A stretch of 64,000 nt of DNA from the NCBI RefSeq assembly GCF_964355755.1, contig NC_092671.1, positions 37,334,304 to 37,398,303 of the forward strand, given 5' to 3'. Origin of the DNA: Antedon mediterranea (lineage: Eukaryota > Animalia > Echinodermata). Shown one piece after another: positions 39,201 through 52,271 of the stretch. Numbering within the stretch: the first letter of the stretch is position 1; the number at the start of each line of letters is the position of its first letter. The translations under genes and the position numbers were made by a program. The notes below the pieces were generated by a model. The model was not told the DNA's origin. It did not search any database and saw only the letters and a list, made by a program, of their open reading frames with translations.

Positions 39201-42200
39201 ACATTTATGGGCATATCATATTTTTTTGTCACATAAAGTTTGATAGTGTAGACAAAGCTTTAGTAATTGAAAAATTAATTACAATCTTGTTTGTTTTAAT
39301 TTATTCATCTCTCCCACAAATGGATACACACTCTCAGCGCACAATTAATTGCGGTTTTAACTTTCCAACATTTACAATTTATTGCAATGTATTAGTGTAC
39401 TTACTACCTGCACAGAATGTACCCATATTTCTTGCACAATTACTAATACTAGTAGGGATAAGTTGTTTCCCTGAGGTGCTATTTAGATTTCAAGTCAATA
39501 GCAATGTAAAATCTTGTCTATATTTTCTGTAACATTTTCCTTCAAAACATTGAAATACTGCAGTATTATGTTGGAAGGTCATACAAAAAAAAGTTAGTAC
39601 TTTTGACTTCAAGACAAATTTGGAAACAAATTAAAATTTCGTTTTTTTTTCCATATTACTGTATACAATTATGGTAAAAAATGTTCTCAATTCAAAGTTA
39701 GCTGTTGCTTTCTGAATAGCAAATTTGAAAACAAATTAAAATTATCTTTCGTTTTTTTTTCCATATTAAATTATTATTACTGTATACATTACAATTATGG
39801 TAAAAAAATGTTTTCAATTCAAAGTTAGCTGTTGCTCTCTGAATATTATTATTTACATAAATGCATGAGTAACTTTAATACGCATCTTATTTATCTTTGA
39901 GTAGCCACTTTCAAAATGTCCTTGCTGCACTTTATATCTTTAAAACGGACTTTATCAAAGCGGCACACTTCAAACAAGTAGGCACTTCTTGAAAGATGCT
40001 ACTTGTCCAACAATTTCTGGTTTTTACAAAAGATTTGATCGTTTTACCGATTACAAAATGTTGTAACCAAATATAGGAATGCACAAATTTTCATCACAAG
40101 ACCTAACATATTTTCACAGAAAGTGAAATTACCTATTTGGAAACTACAACAGTCTAAAACTCGGCAATTACAGGATGGATACAATACATTTTTTTGTCAC
40201 ATAAAGTTAGTTTGATAGTGTAGAGACAAAGCTTTAGGGGGTGGAGTAGAAAGAGTTGTGAGTTACAACCCTGATACTAGATTAGGATTGAACCCTGACA
40301 CTAGATTAGGATTGAACCCGGACACTAGTTTAGGATTGATTGGGATTGGAAGGCAAGCACATTAACCACCAAGCTACTATCACATACTATCAGACACCAG
40401 GGAATAATTTCACTTACCCATTTTTACTGAGTAACGCTCTAAAGATATCATTTCCAACGAGCTTGATGGCTTTCTCTGGCGATATCAACGTAACATTTAC
40501 ACCATAACCTACAACACGAAAAAGTAAACAATTTAGTTTTGCTACAAATTAACTGACATGGAAATATGATTGATATTACGTTATTGATATGTAATTTTTA
40601 ATAAAACTATTACAAAATAGAACACACATTTTTTTTCATTATAAATTCTGTTTTTGGTACAAAATGATTATAGTTCAATGATATTCAAATCAAATCTATC
40701 TTTTTCTGTAATGTATGATTCAATTAAAATAGGCACTAAATATACCATTCCAATACAGTTTCATAGCTGCTGTACTTATATACAGCAGCAGGTACTCATT
40801 ACATGATTACATGTACACATTCGTTGCAATTGCTTTTAAAATTGTAAATGTATCGATCATTCAAAAGGGAAATAAGAGCACACTCATGTACGCTGCTCAT
40901 ATATCTTATGGAGACTGAATATCTGAAAGGCTTCCAGAATTTTAATCAATCTAATCAGATTTATAGCATTTGTAACATATTTCACATTTTTGATTAATTA
41001 CTTTTTTTTAAAGAGAAAATTTGTTAAAATACCAATTGTACATGAATTTCGAAAAGGGTATTTAAATATTAAAAATTAAATAATTATTTATATGGGACAA
41101 ATAATTTTTGCATATTATATGTGTGACGATTATAAATGATGAAGGCTAAAATAATTGAATCAACCATAGTACATGTTTTATTCCTTGGGGTTAATACTTT
41201 ATTATTAATATTTTTAATTTATTTTCCAAATTAGCAACAGTTATAAATTATTAATATTACGTAATGCATTAAATAAATTAAATGCATTAAATATTAAAAT
41301 ATTCATTCAACAAATTCTTCTGCATTTTAAGAAGAAATGAGATCATGCTTTATCAACACACCAAACATGGATTTCTTGCGCAAGGCCCGCCGTTTCATCT
41401 CGTACGGAGCTTCCACTCGGTGAGCGTAGTGCCCTCATGGTTGGCGTGTTTCTTGCGGCGGAAGGTTAGGCGTGTACTGAAATAGAATAAACCATGGAAA
41501 GACCATGCAACCACTGTACATCATTAGAGAACATACTGTCCCCCGTCGTATCTTATTATCCTATATCAACCAGTTTTAAATGGTGCACCCAATAAAATAC
41601 TACATCAAAACAATCCCACATATTACAGCATTAAACGTGTTTCAAAAATACATTTATGTAATATTTATATAATATGTAATAATAATAATAGTGATATACT
41701 GAAGTTTAATTCATTAATTTGAAATGAGAAAGATGAGGAAATCTGTGAGAATGAGAAAAAGTCGCTTATATATTAAACATAAAAGATGATTAAATAATTG
41801 TTTTGCTTTTTATTTAAGGAAATACCCAAAGATAACATAAGTGGCCCCTTGATTGTCAGCATGGGCTGTTAAGGGTCACCCTCTATACATAAAAGGTGAA
41901 ATAATAAATGATAAGAAAAAGCGATTCACTTTTATTGGAAAGATGGTAATCTTGTTCTTCACAAGATTTATTCTGGGATTTATTGAAATATCAATTCAAA
42001 GCACCTAGAAATGTATAAATAGAATTTATGCCTTTAATTTGCAAATTTTGAATAAATTATATAGTCAACTTTGAATAATAAATCAATTATTAATCATGAT
42101 TAATTACAAATAATTTCATCAAATTACATATTGATATTGATTATGTAATGATCATTTATTTTGTGATAACGCATATAATAGTTACTTGAAAATGTTTTTA

Positions 42201-45200
42201 ATGTCAAAGGTTATTTAAATTCTTAAAAATGCTATATTTTTAAAATATATTATTATTTGCAGTATTGAATTTGAACTTGTTCTTTATAAATTATACTAAT
42301 TAATTAATTATTAATTTTACTGTACTTAATTTAATATTTAATTTTACTATTTAATTGTGTTTGTGACAATGCATTATAGTTAAGCCTGGTTTCCATTAAA
42401 ATCGCTACAGCGTTTCCATTAAAATCGCTACACGCGCAGATGTCGCCGACGCAATCGGGAAGGCAAATCGCAGTCAAATCAGCAAAGTTCAACTATGTTC
42501 AACTTTGCCGGCGATGAATCGTATACGCGTACCAAAGAATATTTAGCGCTCGCGTACTAGATCCCCGATAAATTCTAGCGTTTCCATAGAATCGCTACGC
42601 TCTGTCGTGTAGCGATTTTATGGAAACCAGGCATTACATGATAATGTTATTAAAAGTCAAAGTTACTGTAATTTAAATTCTTACAATTGTCTTTATTTAA
42701 ACTACTATATTTATTGTTGTATTGTATTATTATTTGCAGTATTCAATTTGTTCTTTATAAATTAATTCAATCTAATTTTACTGTACTTTCTTATTTTCAT
42801 ATTTATTTTAATATTTAATTATGTTTATTATTATATATTATTTATATTTTTCTCATAAAATAATGTTTGATAATTAATTTATTATTATTAATAATTATTA
42901 ATTAATTCAAGAGGTTCCAACTTCTTTGTTGGGACATTGGCCCATCGTTTCCTTTTAAGGTATTTTATATTTGTTATGCTGAATTTTTAATAAATAAATA
43001 ATTATTTTCAGAAGAAAATCCAGATTCTATTTTTAGTAATATATTCAGAAAATTTGAAAATCAATAATTACGATTTACTTTCTTCCCCCGCTAAATCTGA
43101 AGAATAGACATGTAGTGTATTAGCTACCTACAGGGAAATGCTACTATAGATCAAAGAACTTGTGCATAAAGACATAAATAATTACTACACTATCCACACT
43201 TGACTAAAGGAATGCGTTTGTAAATAATATGCATGTGTTTGTGTGCAAGAAAATATGTGTGTGCGGGTGTACCAGCATAGAGATATTATAGGGAATATAT
43301 AATATATAATATTTAATATCTCTATTGTACCAGTAATATGTTGTGTTGGGTTACTTAAGATTCTTTATGTTATTTTAAATGCAATATAAAAATGTTAATA
43401 TTTCATTTTTTTTCCTTCTATAAAAACAGTATAAAGGCCAATTTACACAGACGAGCGGTAACGGTGTAAGCGGAACCGCATAGCTTGTCCCACGTAGAAT
43501 ATGCATCTATCATGAGCGGAAGCCGCCCCTTTCACTCCGTGTTGTGTGTGTGTAAATGGTCATAAGGAATTATAAAATAGATTCTACAGTTTTGTTACCG
43601 TTACCGATCGTCTGTGTAAATTGGCCTTTAACATCTCACCAAGTTCACAGTGCGATTTTAACAAATTATAAATATGGGTGCAAAAAACCCTCACAATTTA
43701 TCCCCCATAGTATATCACATCAAAATAGATGTACCACATGTACACACAAATTAATATACAACAATTTTATATTATAATATACAAACACTCACCTTTGTAA
43801 AGACCACGGAATCCTTCTTGTCTCAACGTCTTAATGAAGCAATCATGCCTGTCGGGACCAAAAATAAGTTTTAAAAAACAATATCTTTAATAAGTGCAGT
43901 ATAATTTAAACAATATCTTAAGATGGTACAGTATAACTTTTAAAATATCTTAAGATGTGCAGTATAATTTAAACAATATCTTAAGATATTGCGGTATAAT
44001 TTTAAATTTTTTGATTAGAAAGATGTTTTATTCATAAAATAATTGACTGCCGAGAAGAAGGCATAAATAATTCATAGTACTGAAAATGTAATTGCTAATA
44101 ATTCACAACTTTGCTGGAGGTGCAATGGATAGTGATTATTATTATTCGCTTTTTAGGAAACCTGTCTCTGCCTAGTTGTGTGTTTTTTTTTCTCTTGTTC
44201 TTTGTCAAAGTTTTGTAAATTGTATTTTTAACAGACAAATAAATGAAAAGAGGTTCTATATCATAGAGATGCTACAATGAATTTGTGGAAATTAAACAAA
44301 ATATGTACAGTACTTACAGACTGCTGTACATGCGAGTACCAGTACATCCAGTCTGCTGGTTCTGAAGACGTGTTTTGACTAAATCTATTGGAAAAATACA
44401 GGTTACGCCAACAATCCCAGCAACAGCACCGTTTATGCACTTGGCGCCAACTCTGTAAAACAAATACTATACATGAATAACTTTACTAAAGATATTTTTA
44501 GTTAGTGAAAAATTATATTATATAACCAAACAGGTGAAAGTAAAGTAAAATTATGACAATTTCAAGATGAGAGAAATGTAGTTATACTGTTCTTGTCTAT
44601 TCTGGATTAAATCAATATTGTGGGATGACAAAATAAAAGGTATGAAGTCACAGTAGAATCACTATGGTTTTAACACTGTGTCAAACATCATGGTGGTTTG
44701 TGGGGAGGCTCCCACCTGAGGACATACTGTAGTTCAGACTATACCATTTGTGGAGAAGGGAGTTTCAATGTAAATTTGTACTTTTCGAGTAATATCTTGC
44801 TCCTCGAGGAGAAAGGCTATTGTTGGTTTATCCAAGTAAGCTAGGCACGAAATGGATGATACATTTTTGAAGATGTTCCCTTCATAGTGGTTCTACTGTA
44901 GTCAACTCTACAAAATGCATGCAGGAAAATATTACAATAACACAGTACAATTTTGTGTCAATTTAATGATTTTTTTTTAAACAAATAAAGAAGTAAATCA
45001 AATCAAAAGTTTATTATTATTAATTAGTAAGCTTTAATTTTGTGATGGTAGACAAAGAAAATTAAACATTCCTCTAATTAATGGAATGCCGTAGAATGCA
45101 CTGTATTCATGCATAGATAATTTTTTGCATAAATTATGCCTACTATTGATCACATGTCAAATTTGTTTCGGTTTTAATTGAGTAAATTTAAACAAGACTA

Positions 45201-46879
45201 ATACACAATTACCATTGCAGATCACTATGCTGGTATACTACAGGCCGTTTATTAATAGTAACTGTACTTAATATTTAAATACTATTATTAAGCTGTTACT
45301 ACTGTACTAGTAATGTTAAATAAATTATTTATGTTTTAAGCGATGTATTATAATAAATAAATGAATGATCTAAACAAATTAGGAATAATAATAATATAGA
45401 TATTTGCATAATTGCATAAAAACAATTTTATCTAAAACATTAGTGGAGCTGAAGATTGGTGGTTAATGTGCTTGCCTTCCAATCCCAAGGTCTGGAGTTC
45501 AATCCTGACCTAGTACCACGACTCTTTAAACTCCACTTCCTAAGCCTCAAATGAGACTTAGTTTTTTACAAAATACACTAAAAACTAACTGAAAATGTTT
45601 TATGAAAAAAAGTAAATTTTAAAATGAACACTAATTTAAATACAACAAGTGTTACATTCAATTGGAATAACACCAAATTGGATTACTGTACAACACCAAA
45701 ATAACACTAACAAATAAAAACACCCAACAAAAGCATTCATGATAAATTTGTTGATAAAATTCAGAACACTGTATACTAGACATACTGAGATAATGGAATG
45801 CCCAAGAATATCTTTTCTTTTGCCGCCTCTGAGGAGGACACTGGTTTAGCCGCTGAAGATGGACTGTTTTGACGTCTGGTGGCAGCGAGGGGAAAAATAA
45901 ATACATTGCAGTTACGTTAATTGGTCCAGTTTTTGTAGTATTTATTAGTTTATTTAATAACAAACTTAAGCTTGGTTCCCATAAACTGATAACGCCCAGT
46001 GCAAGTTGACCAATAACAAGTGACAGTTTGAATAATCTATTGCTTGTGATTGGTCAAATCACTTACGATGCGATTTCGTCCTTGGGTTGCGTGTCTAGTG
46101 GGAGCCAAGTACAACGATAAGAATCAATTTATGTTTTTTTTTATCAATTCTAGCAGAGGTTATTTCTTTCTTTAATGTTTTATTATTATTATATTAATAA
46201 TTTAACTTAATCATTTCTCTTCCTCATAATAATTGTTATTATTCTACCAATACCATATAATTTGACGAGCCTTCAGTAATACCACTAAATTACGGCTCTT
46301 ACATTAATCAGCACAATGCATAATAGGATCCATTTAGAATATTATTGAAATCCAATATACAGTAGTACATTATCCTTGGAAAATAAATTACCCGTTATTA
46401 TTATAAAAGCTAATGAATGTTTATTAAACATACTTTGAATGACTGACAGTATTAAAGAAAAAAACACTAATGTCTGACACTGACAGTACTGCAGTTTACT
46501 ATTGGTTGTGTTAAAACATTACAGTACGTAATAAATTATCCTCACTAGTGACCTTCCTACTGTATGCCCCTTTAATATTACCTACCAAAAATCTGCCGTT
46601 TACACACACTGGGATGTCAACCCTGGAATTTTGTACGGTATGGTCACTCTGCTGCTGAAATGATGGGTGCCCAGGGCCTAAAAGTAATGAAATGATGTCC
46701 TACTGTATCTTTTTGACCCCCCTTGAATCCAGCCCTGGCTGCATAGTAAACTTCAGAGTTTTGATAGGTGATGTGAAAGGGGCATAAGGTACCATGAAAA
46801 ACAAAACAAACACTCTTTAATTCTAAGTAGTAAGAATCTTATATTATATAACATACAGTACTTACCCAATATCTCCCAT
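33244..46879 (-). CDS. SLC25A22: Mitochondrial glutamate carrier (SLC25A22/SLC25A18 co-ortholog), 8 coding exons, ~330 aa
   Basis: Exons (minus): 46866-46879 MGDIG (least certain); 44318-44452 [32 protein letters not shown]; 43793-43848; 40418-40508 [14 protein letters not shown]; 35864-35982 [21 protein letters not shown]; 35131-35387 [25 protein letters not shown]; 34344-34443 SVNPID; 33244-33464 VIKTRLQ...[23 protein letters not shown]...*. Three Px[DE]xxKxR/Q carrier motifs. GT-AG phases are consistent, totalling 993 nt. Confidence 0.94.
34806..34960 (+). ncRNA. Hammerhead-containing repeat copy in an SLC25A intron
   Basis: gtgcaCTGATGAagggctagtgttgtccGAAAgcTCtgc plus the family 3' tail, flanked by TA-rich sequence. 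Confidence 0.65.
35632..35820. mobile_element. Kolobok-like MITE (TTAA)
   Basis: TTAA|agatatattgtctccc ... gggggacaatacatct|taa. Confidence 0.6.
37171..37276 (-). mobile_element. 5'-truncated retroposon 3' end inserted into a Harbinger MITE
   Basis: 14-bp TSD cactaccatatttg (37157-37170 and 37277-37290), (CAATT)n tail, and stem-loop ctggg-cctct-cagtc...gactg-agagg-cccag. Confidence 0.7.
37794..38148. repeat. 71-bp tandem repeat x5
   Basis: Unit tggaggtacacacctaattggtgacagtggcttaggctgcttttgtgctttcctggcagctagtcactatg. Confidence 0.95.
42383..42633. mobile_element. Harbinger-like MITE
   Basis: TTA|agcctggtttccat ... atggaaaccaggca|TTA. Confidence 0.7.
43435..43627. mobile_element. Harbinger-like MITE
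   Basis: TIR aggccaatttacacagacga / tcgtctgtgtaaattggcct with TWA flanks. Confidence 0.75.
45445..45548 (+). mobile_element. tRNA(Gly-like)-derived SINE fragment
   Basis: ttggtggttaatgtgcttgccttccaatcccaagg...gttcaatcc. A minus-strand copy at ~40232-40378 has a short internal triplication. Confidence 0.6.
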
Positions 46880-49743
46880 TCCTAGTGACGAAAATTGTTC
46901 TGGCAAACTTTTTTTGTAGAAACTTTTTTGTTTTCCGTAAAAGTTGATAATGAATGTAGATACTGTAAGATAAGTAGTGTCAAATCTGCAGTAATAATAC
47001 TGTAACCGGTTAGGGTTTCTCTACCCGCACAACAGCTAGTCAGGGTACCTGTAATTATAAACAAGTTATTCATAATAAAGTTATACATATATACAGGTAA
47101 ATTATGGATATACTGTACTATAATTAATATATATTTCATAATCAAAATTATAACAAATAATTAATACAATGTAGATAATGAATGTATTTCCCTGTGTATG
47201 AATAATTAGGTAAAGAATTTAGAAGATAAAAGATAGCCCACCAGGGGAGGATCCATCATTATAGATTATAAATTATAAAAACGATCTGTTGGGTTGCAGA
47301 AAAATAAAAATAATCATAATAATAATAATGCCTAAATTTGTGCCACAATCATGCCTTAAAGACAAAATTACTTTCCTCTGTAGGATGAATTTATATAAAT
47401 CTTTTTCCAACATGCATCTTTGTTTGCAGTTTGATAAAGAAATTGCACTAAATAATTCATACTTTAAAGTGCATCGTTTGTACATAATGTAAACCTATGT
47501 GTTGTATCTTTACAACTGAATGATGGTACAATAAGAAGAGGATGAAATAAATTTCACAATCACATAGATATCCACTTTATGTGACAAGAAAATGTGATGT
47601 GCCCATATACTGCATCCATAATCCATATTGTAGACAGGATGATGTCATATCACTAACATATTTGGGCACATCACATTTTTTTTGTCAAATAAAGTTTGAT
47701 AGTGTAGACAGAGCTTTATACGAGACAATGACTCTTTATATTCTGAATAGTAGTACACCTTTTACTGCAGAATGAGAATGGATGTCATGATGAGTAAGAA
47801 CAGCTGTCAGAGAATGCATACAGTTGATGCATGCTGTTTCACCCAGGTATGTATAACACATGAACATGCTATCTTGAGCTCTGTCTACACTATCAACAAA
47901 GAGTTGTATGCCCAAATATGGTAGTGATATGCCTAAGTTTGGTAGTGATGACATCATCATGTCTATACAGTATATGGGCACATCACACTTTTTGGTAGTG
48001 TACTGTAGACAAGGCTTTAGACCAAATACAATGCATTCAGTTTCATCCTCTCATCAATTTTTAAAGCAGGCTCATGACTATATAAGCTTATTTTTTTTTA
48101 TCTTTAAAAATAAAAAAATTGAAAGATTGCTCAAATTTTCATCCAAATTACATGACTGCTGTATTTTGAGTTTATAAATACAGTAGTACTGTATCCATAA
48201 ATATATTTTTTTTTAACACCAGAAATACAACCATCAATATTTTATGAACAGTATTTATTTTTGGTAGAGCTACTTTAGTGTGTTCATTTGAACTCGAGAA
48301 CTTACACAGAAATTAAGTCATGGTAAACATAACCGAATAAATTCTAAGTATAGAAATTAAAGTCAATATTGTAACAGATAATGGAGTGCCTATTCTAATT
48401 AGGAGGATACTGACGTCAGCATACTTATGAGATAGTAAAGTATGATGATATCAGAATTCAATTCTATTTTTACTCCAATAAACAGCCATTACGTTTGCCT
48501 CCTATACCAAGGATGTTACATAAACATTCAAGAAGAAGGACATCTCCATCAAAATCAAATCAATATTTTCTAAAATGTTGGGCACTTACTTCGATCCTTG
48601 CGATGCCTTTAATTAGAAATATTATGGTAGGCTCATTGTACAATGCATTAGCTAAGATAGATAATTGCATTGCACTGATTTTTGATAAGAAATGCATTAC
48701 GATACTCATCGATGGTGCCTAAGTAAGTTAACGGATTGAAAGTCTGATAAATTCTATCATTAAAACGAAATCCCCTATTAGTTGTAAACCTATTAAGTAT
48801 AATCTTCAGGTATTTAATCTTTCCCTGTAATTTCAAACAAACTTGAATTTTTAAGAACTATATTTAAGTATTCTAGTGTTTATCAAGACATTGCTCTAGT
48901 CAATGTTAAAATGATGTCAATTTTAAATATTCATAGTCTTTTTGCATAGAAAAGAAACCGCTTTAAAAGCTTAGTTTTCCCCAGCCCCGTAGCCAGCATG
49001 AGGCAGACGAAGTGAGAAACTTTCAATTTTCCCTACCCACACCAATTCCCCAGGCCCAGCAGAGATCGTCATATTTTTAATTAATTATATTTAAAGAATC
49101 TTGCCTCGTCTGTTTTGAACCTCTCGCTACGGCCTTGCCTTTGGGTTGTTAAATTAATATCTTCTTCCAGAAAAAAAAGAGACTGTAGGCCACAAGAAAA
49201 TCAAGTTCTTAATTATTATTAAAGTAAACCTTCCAAAAGAAATAGGGGCTTGTAATGATACTGTAGCAGCGGGTGGTAATTACAATATTATATCCATGTG
49301 AGTAACACAATTTCAGGCAAGTAAACCTGCTGTCAAATATATTAACAAAACTCTGCTGTAGAATACCACCTGTAATATAACTAAATAAAAATATAAAATA
49401 ATTATAAATTAATATGTTTTTAATTTTGTTAGAAACATAGGCTAGGCCTAATACGTTTTTACAATAAATTTACTGGAAATATAAAAAATAAACAGAGTAG
49501 ATGAGGAAATCTGTGACATAAGGGACGGTTACACTTCTTTCTATATGTATGTTGTACGTCCAAGAAAGGGGATTTTCCACTTATTTTTATAAAAATATTT
49601 TTGTTAAATTAATATAGGCCTAGGGCTAGGCTAGGCCCTATGCTATAAATAAAGGCCTACAAAAAATGGAAATGTTGAATAGGTCTTTGCCTTGGCCTAA
49701 ATAGTAGGCAAGCTGGAAAGCTAGCCTAGCCTAGTCAGCTTAC

Positions 49744-51540
49744 CGCACGTCAGGCAGCAGCAGCAGGCAAAAAGGCTCGGGGCTCGTCAGAAGAAAATTC
49801 GGAACCAGGCAGTGCCGCAGTCCAGTGTGTGGAATGTGTACACGACGTCGAGTAGTAGTAGCGCATGCTGATTGGATTTACCGGCGGAGGGAATGTGTGT
49901 TTTTATTCATTACACTCTAGACCTACAATATGCTTACATAAAATTACTATAATAATTGTTAATACATACCTTATAGGCCTATGTCTCTAGTGTAGTAGAT
50001 AGAATGGGGCTACAGCCTGTCAATGTTTTTGTTTCAATTTATGAATGAACAGATAAATAGCAGACAATCTACGTACGTAACCGCTATTTATTTACCGCTA
50101 TTATGATCATGCTTTGTATGAATGGGACGGTTAGCATTGGCAACCATTACCTCTCATTTGTATGGTCAATCACTGTTATAGATTCTTCTACTTTTTGAAA
50201 GGGGAAAATCGTTTCATTCTTTTATGTATGACGTTAGAATTTAAAATGCTCACACCTTTTACATAGTCTATCAATCCGCGGTGATAAGACGTTGTTCTAA
50301 ATGTACATTAATATTTTCATGGGGATATATATACTTCTCCCCTTTTTTTATCATTATTATATATAAGCATGGAGGTATTTTATATCTCCATGATATAAGC
50401 CAATGATATTACTCTTTACTTTTACACACCCTTTTTTTCTTTTCTATACCTCTATTTCATTTTGCGGCGGATGTATACTCACACGGCTACTGTGTAATTA
50501 TTTGTATATAAAAAAACATGAATCCAAATTGGTAAATTACTGAAAAAAATGACAATGCTGTGGGTATCAGTGGCTGGATTTCAATGGAGATACAAAAAAA
50601 AACGAAAAGCTAAATCAAAACGATAAAGTAAACAGCCAGAAAAGTTAATTTATCAGAGCTTTCGGGCAACACTAGCCCTTCATCAGTGCAAGTGAGGGAA
50701 TTTGGATAAAGTCATAGCATATGAGTTGGCAAGTGCTGCCTGGGTGGACAGGAATAAAAGAAAATAGAAACAGCGTGTTGAATAGTGGGTAATAAGGGTA
50801 AAAAACATGAACAAATATGTATAATTGTTTCTAGTGTATAACGTGGTTTTATGGGTCTATTTTTGGTTCTAAGTGAAGAAGTCGAAAATCCGTTTTCAGA
50901 AATTAATAATTGTTGGTTTCCAATGTTTTTATTTGAGTCAGTCTGACCAAGGCAACTAAGAACAGGACATAATGATAACGATAAATAAGATAAACACACA
51001 TTTTTTATGCATAAAACAAAAGAATTTTTTTCTCGTAGATATATAATCATCATGCTTGATGAAAATGATAATTTTCCAAAGTCCAATCCAATTACTTCAT
51101 TATCAGTAAAAGCAATAATAAAATCGTGACAATACAACGATTTTGATCATGACGTCATTTGATTGGTTTTAAAAATATAATGTTTATCAAAGCAAGGATG
51201 TGTAACTCTGGTCAACAGCATTAATTATTATCTTATCCTTCTAGAATGAAAACTTTTCTATTCTTTTGTTGGTCGTGGGACTGATCGTGTCGCAGCCACA
51301 GATAAACTCTTTGATCTCCGGAGTTCAGCATCCCTTGTATTGTAGATTGCCTTGATCTGACACAATTAAATGTACGCGCCTATAAACAAGGAGAGGGTCA
51401 CCTAAACAAAGCAGCAGGTAATCGATGGGTCATCTCAGATATGTGAAAACGCCACCAGACGGTGTGACACGAGCAATAAACATTGCAATAAAAATGATTT
51501 TATGTTGAAATCCACTTCTTTTTTATATTTATTAAGCCAG
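49744..51540. promoter_or_regulatory. Probable divergent promoter / non-coding first exons of SLC25A22 (-) and the EF-hand gene (+)
   Basis: A GC/CpG-richer patch at 49744-49900 ends in a minus-strand donor (gtgcg|gtaagc). Plus-strand donor-like sites lie at 51417 and 51540. The two genes are head-to-head. Confidence 0.4.
50520..50810 (-). ncRNA. Longest hammerhead-containing repeat copy (extends ~120 bp further 5')
   Basis: The reverse complement reads ...ctatgactttatccaaattccctcacttgcaCTGATGAagggctagtgttgcccGAAAgcTCtga.... A degenerate copy lies at 51985-52125 (-). Confidence 0.65.
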
Positions 51541-52271
51541 GTATGTATAATACTATATGTTACTGTTGATTTTCTTCATTATGCATTCTTTATAGTAACA
51601 CTTCTTTATTATATAGAGATCGTTCATTTAGTAAGTAGGTGTGAATAGCACATTGTTTAGTGTTACTAAGAAACAACACTAACAATTGCACAGTGGGGAA
51701 CCCTTTCGTCGTGCCCACTCTAAGAACCTGCTTAAAGTCAAGAAGGTAGTTCTAAGGGCCTACCATTACGAGACCGCCCGTCCTAAAAGTAGCTATATTT
51801 TAGATTATTTTTCCGTTAAAAAAAATCGACAGGGTCGATATATATTATATTATTATGTCAATTAAAACGTTTTATGTTGGTATCAAATTGTACCTCCTGA
51901 CCCTTCAGTTTCAATTGTCACAGGACCCTCTATTTATTGGCTCCACACACTGATATGTGAGTAAAAAAAAGGTAAAAAATGATAAATCCAAAGGCAAATT
52001 ACTGAAAAAATGGCAATGCTGTGGGTATCAGTGGCTGGATCTAAATGGAGACCAAAAAAGCTACATCAAAACAATAAAGTACAGCCAGAAAAATTAGCAG
52101 AGCTTTCTAGCAACACTTCATCAGTTTAATTAAAATGATATAATACAGTCAGGTTGAAAAATCACATTTTATTCCATTTTTTTTATTTAGATGGATACTT
52201 TGTGACTACTTTACTTCATGATTGAAGCTCCAAAAGATGTCTTAACGATGCAATATTGTTAGCTAAACAAG

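Noticed and set aside
39606-39845. ~115-bp tandem duplication
   Set aside because: Ordinary AT-rich intronic duplication with no further structure.
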